DNA from: an uncultured candidatus Brocadiaceae bacterium
Lineage (GTDB): Bacteria > Planctomycetota > Brocadiia > SM23-32
NCBI GenBank assembly: GCA_964510315.1
Contig: CAZEAP010000011.1
Coordinates: 22,985-86,984 of the forward strand
DNA length: 64,000 nucleotides
Direction of reading: 5' to 3'
Shown here: in pieces, positions 40,940-49,396 of the stretch
How positions within the stretch are numbered: the stretch's first letter is position 1
Layout of the letters: each line of letters starts with the position of its first letter
Made by a program: the position numbers and the translations under genes
Notes under the pieces: model-generated
Databases searched by the model: none
Seen by the model: the letters and a program-made list of their open reading frames with translations, nothing else
What the model was told of the DNA's origin: nothing

Positions 40940-41965
40940 TCAGACCTTGATGTTCACGATTTTGTAGATAAGGAAAACGCCCACGAGCTGCCATCCGACG
41001 GCGAACATGATCATCTTCTGCCCGATCGAGGTGGTAAAGAGCGGGCGCATGTGGTCGGGGCTGACCAGATAGATCAGCCCGCAGAGCACGAACGGCAGCA
41101 GCCCGACGATCAGGCCGCTCAGCTTGCCCTGAGCCGTCAGCGTCTTGACCTGTCCCATGATGCGGAAGCGTTCCCGGACGGTGTTCTGCAGGCTGTCCAG
41201 CACTTCGGAGAGGTTACCTCCGGTCTCCTTCTGGATCACCAGGGCACTGGCGAAGAAACGCACATCGGGGGTGTTGACGCGCGTGATCAGGTTCCGCAGT
41301 GCGACCTCGAAGTCCACCCCGAAGGACAGCTCGTCGGAGAGCAATTGAAACTCATCACCTATGGGGTCCGGCATCTCGTCGGCTACGTTCCGCACTGCGG
41401 CGTTCAGGGACTGGCCGCTCTTGACGCTGCTGGACATCAGGTCCAGTGCATCGGGAAGCTGTTCGGAGAACTTCTTGAGCCGGCCCCGGACCCGCAGCCA
41501 GACGTAAAGCGACGGCGCTCCACCCAGCACGCCGGCGAACAGGACGGCCAGCAGGGGATCGAGGCCGCGACGCCACAGAATGCTCACCGCCAGGCCCATG
41601 GCGGCCAACAGGGCCGAGACGATCACAAAGTTGCTCACCGATATGGGCAGTTGCGCCTGCACCAGCATGCCGCCGAGCTTGTCGGCCCAGGTGGTCTTCT
41701 TCAGCGCCTTGTCCAGGGCGGGAATGTCGCTGAGGGCCTTACGGCGGAGGGCTTTTTTGCGCCTTTCCCTCTTCTGGACCTCCTTTTCCCTGGTTTCGGC
41801 CAGCGCGTCCCCCAGTTCGTAATGCTTGACCTGGCGGACGCCTTTCATCCTGTCGAGGACTCGGTCTTGAGACTTCGTTCGCTGGCTGGCCAGCAACCAC
41901 ACCCCGAAGAAGGCAAACATGACCGAGAAGAATATCAGCGCCACCACTACGATGTCGGTTCCCAT
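40940..41965 (-). CDS. tadB: Tad pilus assembly inner-membrane protein TadB (T2SS F-domain)
   Basis: MGTDIVVVALIFFSVMFAFFGVWLL...; T2SSF domain; paralogous to the downstream tadC. Confidence 0.8.
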   Translation of the reverse strand: MGTDIVVVALIFFSVMFAFFGVWLLASQRTKSQDRVLDRMKGVRQVKHYELGDALAETREKEVQKRERRKKALRRKALSDIPALDKALKKTTWADKLGGMLVQAQLPISVSNFVIVSALLAAMGLAVSILWRRGLDPLLAVLFAGVLGGAPSLYVWLRVRGRLKKFSEQLPDALDLMSSSVKSGQSLNAAVRNVADEMPDPIGDEFQLLSDELSFGVDFEVALRNLITRVNTPDVRFFASALVIQKETGGNLSEVLDSLQNTVRERFRIMGQVKTLTAQGKLSGLIVGLLPFVLCGLIYLVSPDHMRPLFTTSIGQKMIMFAVGWQLVGVFLIYKIVNIKV

Positions 41966-41984
41966 GGCCGCCTCCTGCCGTCGG

Positions 41985-43409
41985 TCACGGCATAAATATG
42001 TCGGGGGACAGGTTGACTCCGGCGCCGCGGAGCTTCTCTAAGAAGCGGGGCTGCACGCCGGTGGGCACCAGCTCTCCCAGCAGGTTCCCTTCGGAGTCCA
42101 CCCCCTTCCTCTCGTAGCGGAAGATGTCCTGCATGGTGACGACCTCCCCTTCCATGCCGGTCACTTCGCTGAAATAGATCAGCTTCCGGCTGCCATCGCT
42201 GAGTCTCTGCAACTGCACAACCACGTCGAGGGCGCTGGCGATCTGGTGGCGCACCGCCGACTGGGGCAATTCCACCCCGCCCATAGCCACCATGGTCTCC
42301 AGGCGGCTCAGGGCGTCCCGAGGTGTGTTGGCGTGGACCGTGCACATGGAGCCGTCGTGGCCGGTATTCATCGCCTGGAGCATGTCCAGCGCCTCCCGTC
42401 CACGCACCTCACCCAGGATGATACGGTCGGGCCGCATACGCAAACTGTTGATCAGAAGATCGTACTGAGTGACCTCCCCGCGCCCCTCGATGTTCGGCGG
42501 CCGGGTCTCCAGCCGTACCACGTGGGGCTGCTGGAGCTGCAGCTCGGCGCTGTCCTCGATGGTGACGATCCGTTCCTCGGGGGTGATGTAGCCGCTGAAG
42601 ATGTTCAGGGCGGTGGTCTTGCCGGCGCCCGTTCCGCCGCTGATCAACATGTTCAGCCGGCAATTCACGCAGGCCTGGCAGATCTCCGCTATCTGCGGGG
42701 TCAGGGTCTCGTACTCCAGAAGGTCGTCCATCGACAGGGCGTCCACCCGGAACTTACGTATCGAGAGGACCGGGTAGTCGACCGCCAACGGAGGGATGAT
42801 GGCGTTCACACGGGAGCCGTCCGGCAGACGGGCGTCGCACATGGGGGAACTCTCGTCGATGTGGCGGCCCACCGTGGAGACGATCCGGTCCATCACGTGC
42901 CGGAGGTGGTCGTCGTCTTTGAACTCAACGTCGGTCAGATACAGCTTGCCGTAGCGCTCCACGTAGACCTGCTTGGCCCCGTTGACCAGTATGTCACTTA
43001 TGCTGCTGTCTTTAAGGAGGGGCTCCAGGGGGCCGAAGCCGGTGACTTCGTCGACGATCTCCTGGACGAACTGCTTCCGCTCCCGTCGGTTGAAGCTCAC
43101 CCCGGCCTGGTCCAGCAGTTTCCTGACGACCTGCCGGATCTGCTGCTTTATCTCGCTCTCTTCCAGCTCGCCCAGGATGCTCAGGTCCAGGGCGTCCAGC
43201 AGCTTGCGATGAACCTTGCGTTTCAGTTCCTGGTACTGCTCCCGTCCGAGGGAGGTCTTCTGCTTCTGGACGGTATACTTCCGTCCGCCCGCCGCCCGCT
43301 TTGCCGACGGTTTCTTTTGTTCCTCAGTGGGCTGAGCGGCTTCGGATGCTTTCTCGGTCTTCTTCTCGGTCTTGCGGAGCTTTTTTATCCGGTCTTTCAG
43401 CGTGCTCAT
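41985..43409 (-). CDS. cpaF: CpaF/TadA secretion ATPase (VirB11-like)
   Basis: Walker [15 protein letters not shown], the typical T2SS-E Asp/His boxes, and a Lys/Glu-rich N-terminus. Confidence 0.9.
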   Translation of the reverse strand: MSTLKDRIKKLRKTEKKTEKASEAAQPTEEQKKPSAKRAAGGRKYTVQKQKTSLGREQYQELKRKVHRKLLDALDLSILGELEESEIKQQIRQVVRKLLDQAGVSFNRRERKQFVQEIVDEVTGFGPLEPLLKDSSISDILVNGAKQVYVERYGKLYLTDVEFKDDDHLRHVMDRIVSTVGRHIDESSPMCDARLPDGSRVNAIIPPLAVDYPVLSIRKFRVDALSMDDLLEYETLTPQIAEICQACVNCRLNMLISGGTGAGKTTALNIFSGYITPEERIVTIEDSAELQLQQPHVVRLETRPPNIEGRGEVTQYDLLINSLRMRPDRIILGEVRGREALDMLQAMNTGHDGSMCTVHANTPRDALSRLETMVAMGGVELPQSAVRHQIASALDVVVQLQRLSDGSRKLIYFSEVTGMEGEVVTMQDIFRYERKGVDSEGNLLGELVPTGVQPRFLEKLRGAGVNLSPDIFMP

Positions 43410-43448
43410 TGACTCAATCCCTTCCCCGAGGGTGGTATAGTCGCCCGG

Positions 43449-44627
43449 TTATCTGGCCCAACTGAAGAGCCCGCGCTTTTTCTTGGGCTTCGCGCGCGGC
43501 TGGAGCCCCGCCGTGTGCTGGGCCAGGGCCATTAAGCTGTGGGCGACCGCGCTGTGAGGGTCTGCCTCCTCCAGCACCTGTCCCGAATTCAACGAAGTGA
43601 TCACCGGCTCAGAGTTGTAGGGCACCAGCCAATGAACCGGCAGGTCGACGTGCTCCACGATCTCGTCCAGCGACACCTGGTCGCTGTCGTAGAAACGGTT
43701 GACGATGAATTTGATCTGTTCCCGCTTGTAGTCCAGTTCATGGAAGGTCTCCAGCGCACGAATGGTGTTCCTTATGGAAGGAAGAACCATGTCGCAAACC
43801 AGGAATATCTCGTCGGCCTCGTCCAACCCAACGATCGAGCAGTCGTCGATCATGTGGGGCATGTCCAGCACGACATAACTGTAGGTCTGTCGGCAGACCT
43901 GCAGGACTCCCCGAAGCTTCCAGGGATCGATGGCCTCCACGTCGGCCACCGACAGCGGGGCGGGCAGCACCTCGGCGCCGCTGGGATGTGTGGTCATGAA
44001 ATTGATCAACAGATTCTCGTCAAGCCGCTCCTGCTCCTGAATGGCGTCCAGCAAGGTGTGCGCGAACTCCCGTATGTCCAGCGCGAGGGCCACCGAGCCG
44101 AACTGCAGGTTCAGGTCGATAATGCAGGCGGAGTGGTTGCCGTTCAGCTCCGCGGCAATCTGGGTTGCCAGGTTGCAGGCAATGGTCGTCACTCCGGTGC
44201 CGCCGGTGGCGCTGAAGACGGCCACGACTTTACCCCCTTCCCCCTGGGTGATGCCCTTGCGCCGGAGGAGGCCGCCCATCGCCTTGGCCAGCTCGTCCCG
44301 GTTGACCGGGAACTCCAGGAACTCGTCGCTGCCGGCGCGCATGCAGGAAAGCAGCAGCTCCTGGGAGGGTTCTTTGCTGACGACGATTATCCCCACGTCC
44401 CGTGGTCCGTTGCTGACGGACTGGATGGTCTTGAGAGCCGGGTCATTCGGAGTATCCACACCGACTACGACGATGGCGGGTTCTTCCTCCTGGACGCGCG
44501 TGGGCGCCTCGCGCAGGTCCGCAATGGCCTGTATGTGAAGCTCCGGGTCGTACTCGTGGAAGGTCTCCCTGATCTCTTCACAGTACTGCTCATTGGGATG
44601 GACGACGAATATGGTCACTTCCGGCAT
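43449..44627 (-). CDS. cpaE: CpaE/TadZ: receiver-like N-domain plus MinD/ParA-type ATPase
   Basis: A deviant receiver domain (no obvious phospho-acceptor context), then VVAVFSATGGTGVTTIACNLA, a deviant Walker A of ParA/MinD type. Confidence 0.85.
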   Translation of the reverse strand: MPEVTIFVVHPNEQYCEEIRETFHEYDPELHIQAIADLREAPTRVQEEEPAIVVVGVDTPNDPALKTIQSVSNGPRDVGIIVVSKEPSQELLLSCMRAGSDEFLEFPVNRDELAKAMGGLLRRKGITQGEGGKVVAVFSATGGTGVTTIACNLATQIAAELNGNHSACIIDLNLQFGSVALALDIREFAHTLLDAIQEQERLDENLLINFMTTHPSGAEVLPAPLSVADVEAIDPWKLRGVLQVCRQTYSYVVLDMPHMIDDCSIVGLDEADEIFLVCDMVLPSIRNTIRALETFHELDYKREQIKFIVNRFYDSDQVSLDEIVEHVDLPVHWLVPYNSEPVITSLNSGQVLEEADPHSAVAHSLMALAQHTAGLQPRAKPKKKRGLFSWAR

Positions 44628-44635
44628 TTCGGTTC

Positions 44636-46033
44636 CTAACCCCGCTCAGAATCGATTGATTTCTCTTTTTCACTTTCGCGCACCAACCGCTCCAGCTCGG
44701 TGTTCTCCGGGTGCCGGGGGAACTCCTCCTCGATCTGTTGCAGTTTTTCACGTGCGCGCTCTATGTTTCCTTGCTTCAAAAACGATTCCAATACCTGGCG
44801 GTCGACACGATATTTGTCGCGCGCGCTCTTCAGTTCGCCGCTCAACCCCCGGTAGGCGGCCGCCGGCTCGGGCATACCTTCAGGGGCTTCGAAGTCCTCT
44901 GAGTAACCGGCCAGCTCTTCCAGCTTGCTTTCGGCTTCCGGCAGATTGCCGGTCTCCAACGCCTTCTCAATCTGATCCAGCAGGGCCTGGTAGCTGGCCC
45001 TCCGCCGGAACCGCTCCAGGGCCGCCTGGGCGCGCTCCCGCAGCTCGGGGGCACGTTCGGCCGCACTGGTGCCCGCGCATTCCTGCACCAACCGGTCCAG
45101 CAGACTCAGCGTCCTGGCAAAGTCCTGTTCCTCCTCCAGGGCTCTTTCGGCGCGTTCATAGAGCTGCTCGCCCAGCTTCCTCCGGTAACGGCGCATTTCC
45201 TCGCGGGCTTGCCGTGTGGCTTCCGTCAGATCGGGATACTGCTCCAGGACATTCTCCAGTGCGTCGACGGCGTCTTCATAGCGCCCGCCGTCGGCCTGGT
45301 CGCGGGCCCGCTCCAGCGCCGCTTCGGCTTTCTGCAGCCGTTCCTCTTCTCCATGCTGTTCCACCAGCACGGGGCCCTGTTCGCAGGCACCCTCCGCTTC
45401 CCGCAGCAGGAGCGGATGGGCGGCTTTGGCCGCCAGGAACTCCTGGCGGTGCTCCATTCTGATCAGCAGCAGGACGTTGGCGTTCGAACTGTTTTTCTTC
45501 TTCCGGGACGGACGGCCCAGATGGTCCAGGCTGCCCACCGCGTAGAGCTTGACGCAGCGCATGAAATCGATCGGCTGGCGGTTGACGATCTTGTAGACGT
45601 CCACCGTCATTCCGGCCCGCAACAGGCCGCTTTTGATATCGGCCGGCTCCACTCTGACGCGTTCCAGGTACATGCCCTCCGGCACGAAGTTGTCCTCTTT
45701 CACCAGCCGCGGGCGCAGGATTGGTTCGTGCTTAAACAGGTGCATTCGCGCCCGCCATTCGCCCTGGTCGATGTCCTCCGGCCTGGTGAAGGCGCCCTGC
45801 GGGATTGTATCCTCGGGCCAGGGCACGAACACCGCGTTCGGTTCGGCTCCCTCCTCCTGTTCCGCCCTGATGAGTTCTCCGTAGCTGATATCGCGCCTCG
45901 CCAACAGGATCTTCGTGCGAGGCACTGCCGGCCCGCCTTCCGCAGTGGACAGATGCTTGTAGGCGCCAAAGGCGGCCAGCGCAGCACAGACCAGGCCGGC
46001 AGCCAGATACAACACAGCGCGTTTGCTTCCCAC
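44636..46033 (-). CDS. cpaB: CpaB/RcpC-like Flp pilus assembly protein fused to a ~250-aa C-terminal helical (TPR/coiled-coil-like, TadD-like?) extension
   Basis: N-terminal TM anchor; the SAF/RcpC region (ILLARRDISYGELI...MTVDVY...VLLL) is followed by a long Glu/Arg/Ala-rich helical region (ALERARDQADGGRYEDAVDALENVLEQYPDLTEA...). GTG start. Confidence 0.7.
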   Translation of the reverse strand: MGSKRAVLYLAAGLVCAALAAFGAYKHLSTAEGGPAVPRTKILLARRDISYGELIRAEQEEGAEPNAVFVPWPEDTIPQGAFTRPEDIDQGEWRARMHLFKHEPILRPRLVKEDNFVPEGMYLERVRVEPADIKSGLLRAGMTVDVYKIVNRQPIDFMRCVKLYAVGSLDHLGRPSRKKKNSSNANVLLLIRMEHRQEFLAAKAAHPLLLREAEGACEQGPVLVEQHGEEERLQKAEAALERARDQADGGRYEDAVDALENVLEQYPDLTEATRQAREEMRRYRRKLGEQLYERAERALEEEQDFARTLSLLDRLVQECAGTSAAERAPELRERAQAALERFRRRASYQALLDQIEKALETGNLPEAESKLEELAGYSEDFEAPEGMPEPAAAYRGLSGELKSARDKYRVDRQVLESFLKQGNIERAREKLQQIEEEFPRHPENTELERLVRESEKEKSIDSERG

Positions 46034-46160
46034 CGGAACCCCCCCCGTCGCTTCCTAAAACCGATTGGCTACACAATTCTCCGTGATTCCGTTCCGACTG
46101 CGGACGGCCGGACGCGGAGTTCCTCGAGACGGACCCTGAGTGCCGGGATGGCGTTTCAGG

Positions 46161-46619
46161 TCACTCGTGCCGGAAGACACAGCGCCCGTGCAAAGGAACG
46201 GTGCCTGAGAAGTTCGGCAGCAAGGAGCCCACGATGACCTGGAAGTCGTATGTGACGGTCACAACGACCAGGTCGCCCTCGACCGCCGCCGACAGGCCCC
46301 CTGCGCGCTGATTGCCGGACTCATCCAGGACGGTCACCTCTGTGCTCCACTCTCCGGGCAGACCCACGCGCTGCAGGAAGTCATCGACGGCCTGCTCCAC
46401 GTCGGTCTCGGTCCGGTTCGGCAGGGAGCCCTCACGGGCTCCTTCACGAGCGGCGTTTGTCAGCAGATGAGCGTCGAAATACGCCCGGCCGAACTCCAGG
46501 GCCCCGAACACCAGCAGAACGAAAACCGGCAGGATCAACGCAAACTCGACCGCTGCCTGTCCCCTGCGGGATCGGTCCTTTTTCGCTGTGAATTGGACTC
46601 TCATCGGCTTTACCTGCAT
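46161..46619 (-). CDS. tadE: TadE-like pseudopilin
   Basis: RRGQAAVEFALILPVFVLLVFGALEFGRAY is the TadE/TadG N-terminal signature. Confidence 0.8.
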   Translation of the reverse strand: MQVKPMRVQFTAKKDRSRRGQAAVEFALILPVFVLLVFGALEFGRAYFDAHLLTNAAREGAREGSLPNRTETDVEQAVDDFLQRVGLPGEWSTEVTVLDESGNQRAGGLSAAVEGDLVVVTVTYDFQVIVGSLLPNFSGTVPLHGRCVFRHE

Positions 46620-47065
46620 TTATCCTGACCTGCCCTGAAAACCTGAGTGCCTCCCAGGACGCGGCGTCCACTCGGTCCCACAAACATCACGTCTGCTCAA
46701 TAAGCGACACACTGTATCAATAGAACAAGCTGCAAAAAGAATGCCGGCCTCGCGGAAGTGTGTCGCATCCACGAACCTCCGGCAAAACCGGCCTTTACCA
46801 CGCCGCGTCGCCGTCGGCAGGAGACGACGGCGTCTCATCTCTGCAGAGGCTCTCTCCCGCCGGCCTCCACTTTTCAGCGTCCATAGTAGCAGAACACTGC
46901 GGGCGTTTGCAACGCCTCTGTCAGCCGGGGCGACCGGACGCATTCTGGCCCCCGGAAACCGGTCGCAGGCGCTCCGCGCCGCCCCGCGTGGAGCGGGTGC
47001 GATGGAAAGCTCACCGCTTTTCTGCTGTAATGTTCTGTCGGCTCGGAGAAAGGACGGAGGCAGAC

Positions 47066-47845
47066 GTGACAGGGGATTTCATCCGGTTTCTCGGCACCGC
47101 GGGCGCCCGGTTCGCGATGGCCCGACAGCTCCGTTCCTCGGCCGGAACGCACCTTTCCCTCCGGGGTCGCAACATTCTGCTCGACCCGGGGCCGGGCACA
47201 CTTCTGCGCTGTGCTCGGACCGACCCGCCGCTGGACCCCCGGCGGCTGGACGCCGTCATCCTGAGCCACGGTCACATTGATCATTCCGGGGACGTCAACG
47301 CCGTGCTGGACGCCGTGACGGCCGGGGGGCGCCAGCCCGGAGGCCGGCTTTTCGCACCTGCGGAGTGCCTGGAAGGCTCCCGGTCGGTGGTCTTCAGCTA
47401 CCTGCTGGAAGGACTGGAGGAAGTCGTCCGGCTCGAAGCGCGGACCGAGTACCGCCTCGACCCCCTCCGCATCCTCACTTCACCGGCACATAGTCACGCC
47501 GCGGAGACCTATGGCCTGCTGTTCAAGGCGGAGGGCATGCCCACCGTGGGTTTCGTGGCGGACACCGGATACTTCGAGGGTCTGGGGGAGGCCTACGCGC
47601 CCGCGGACATCCTGGTGGTCAACGTCGTACTGGCTGAGCCCTTTCCCGACAGGGAAATCATGCATCTCTCCCTCCCGGAGGCGGCCGGGGTCATCTCGCG
47701 GGCCCGCCCCCGAAAGGCCGTCCTCACCCATTTTGGCGTCAGCATGCTGCGCGCCGGCCCCGAGGAAAAGGCTGCGGCTATGGCCGAAGAGCTGGGCGTG
47801 GAGGTGGTGGCCGCACGTGACGACATGGTGGTGCCGCTGGAATAA
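47066..47845 (+). CDS. MBL-fold metallo-hydrolase
   Basis: FLGTAGARF...ILLDPGPG...ILSHGHIDHSGD (HxHxDH). The GTG at 47066 has ggagg 5 nt upstream. An in-frame ATG also exists at 47029. Confidence 0.75.
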   Translation: MTGDFIRFLGTAGARFAMARQLRSSAGTHLSLRGRNILLDPGPGTLLRCARTDPPLDPRRLDAVILSHGHIDHSGDVNAVLDAVTAGGRQPGGRLFAPAECLEGSRSVVFSYLLEGLEEVVRLEARTEYRLDPLRILTSPAHSHAAETYGLLFKAEGMPTVGFVADTGYFEGLGEAYAPADILVVNVVLAEPFPDREIMHLSLPEAAGVISRARPRKAVLTHFGVSMLRAGPEEKAAAMAEELGVEVVAARDDMVVPLE

Positions 47846-47893
47846 ATTCCCCCGCGCAGCGCTTCGGCCCCCCTATTCAGCGGGGAGGGCGCC

Positions 47894-48535
47894 TCAGTAG
47901 GGTGCGGGCATTTTCTCGCAGACGTCCTCGACCACTTTCTGCACCTGCCTGGCCATCTGCGGCGCAAGAGCGTTGCCGGCAACTCCGCCCAGCACACCTC
48001 CGGCGACCCCTCCGACGACCTTTCCGGTACCGTCCCCTCCCACGGCCGCCCCGGCGGCCGCACCGACAACGGCGCCCCCCACGGTGCTCAAAGTCCTGCC
48101 GGTGCTGCCGTAGCCCGTGCCCATCCAGGCGATACCGGCCGTCTCGGTGTCGACCATCTTGGCGGTCATGCTGATGCGGTTGCCCTCGACGCTCACGTTG
48201 CCCATGATGACGGCGGGCACGTTCAGTATCTCGCCCGCCCGTGCAGCAGCGGTGTTCGTGGTGAGGTCCGAGGCCTGGAACTCCTGCTCCTCCAGAACGG
48301 CCTGCACCTGCTCTCGCTCGACCACGACGTATCCCTTCTTCATCGCCTCCATGGCGAAGAAATCAGCCACCTGGTTCTTGGCCACCTCCCCCGCGACGTC
48401 ACCGGTGATTTCCACCACCGCAACCTTGTCGACAGTGGAGAAATCGTATCCCGTCTGCGTGTAGCTCTCGCCGCTGGCGCAGCCGGCCACAAAAAGCACC
48501 CCAAACGCCAGCAAACCGGTCAACCCTCTTCTCAT
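47894..48535 (-). CDS. Lipoprotein with a CsgG/LpoB-like N-domain and a C-terminal glycine-zipper segment
   Basis: MRRGLTGLLAFGVLFVAGC lipobox; KVAVVEITGD...YVVVEREQVQAVLEEQEFQASDL...AGEILNVPAVIMGNV...MVDTETAGIAW matches the CsgG/LpoB/TolB-N-type fold pattern; then GGAVVGAAAGAAVGGDGTGKVVGGVAGGVLGGVAG. Confidence 0.65.
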   Translation of the reverse strand: MRRGLTGLLAFGVLFVAGCASGESYTQTGYDFSTVDKVAVVEITGDVAGEVAKNQVADFFAMEAMKKGYVVVEREQVQAVLEEQEFQASDLTTNTAAARAGEILNVPAVIMGNVSVEGNRISMTAKMVDTETAGIAWMGTGYGSTGRTLSTVGGAVVGAAAGAAVGGDGTGKVVGGVAGGVLGGVAGNALAPQMARQVQKVVEDVCEKMPAPY

Positions 48536-48865
48536 TTCGTTCGCCCTTCCCGATAGAACCCGCCAACCATCTACTCCTCGATTGTACGTCCGCGCCGGGT
48601 CGGCTGTCAACCCGGGGGCGGCCGAATCATCCCCGGTCCTGACGACCCCTCTGGAGCACCTGCAAAGGTGCCCGTCGACGCCCGGGAAGACGGCCCGCAC
48701 TGCGACCCGGAAGGCCTGTGCGCCTGCGGCGCATCCGGCCGCCTGTGGCGGGCTCGCGCCCCAACCGCCGCTTGGCTCTCGCCCACATAGGGCATAGAAT
48801 CAACGGAAAGCGTACGGAGAGCGTCTCCCAGTGCGGCCCTCATCGCAGCAGGAGGAGCCCGAGAA

Positions 48866-49393
48866 ATGATCAGAAACGTATTCATCACCGGCCGGCCCGG
48901 CGTCGGCAAGACCACGGCCATAGAGAGGACGCTCCAACGGCTGGACGTGGAGGCCAACGGGTTCACCACCCGCGAGATCCGCGAAGACGGCAAGAGGGTT
49001 GGTTTCCGCATCGAGAACCTGGCCGGAGAGAGCGCCGTCATGGCGCACGTGGAGCTGGAGGGGCCGAAGGTCAGCAAGTATGGCGTCGACGTGGATGCCG
49101 TCCGGCGGATAGGAGTGAGCGCCGTGGCCAGGGCCGTCGAGCAGGGAACGCTCTCGATCATCGACGAGGTGGGCAAGATGGAACTGGCCTGCGAGGAGTT
49201 TGCCGACGTCCTCCTCGAAGCGGTAGAGGCCGACATACCCGTCCTGGGAACCGTCCACAGGCACGACGATCCAATCAGCCGCAGCGTAAAAAGGCGTGAG
49301 GACACCCGGGTGATCCAGATAACCCCGGGTAACCGCGAGGAGCTGCCCGAGAGGCTGGAGGAGATGATCCGTGCCGCCTGCGAGCAGACCTGA
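48866..49393 (+). CDS. THEP1-type nucleoside triphosphatase (NTPase_1 family)
   Basis: ITGRPGVGKTT Walker A, IIDEVGKMEL Walker B, 175 aa. Confidence 0.8.
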   Translation: MIRNVFITGRPGVGKTTAIERTLQRLDVEANGFTTREIREDGKRVGFRIENLAGESAVMAHVELEGPKVSKYGVDVDAVRRIGVSAVARAVEQGTLSIIDEVGKMELACEEFADVLLEAVEADIPVLGTVHRHDDPISRSVKRREDTRVIQITPGNREELPERLEEMIRAACEQT

Positions 49394-49396
49394 ACT

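Noticed and set aside
46034-46760. Flp pilin or prepilin peptidase ORF in the gaps around the Tad locus (46034-46160, 46620-46760, 39602-39956)
   Set aside because: No small ORF with the Flp G/XXXXEY-type leader and hydrophobic core was found on either strand. Track ORFs there (e.g. 46620..46943 -, 39639..39893 -) are Arg/Pro-rich frame artefacts.
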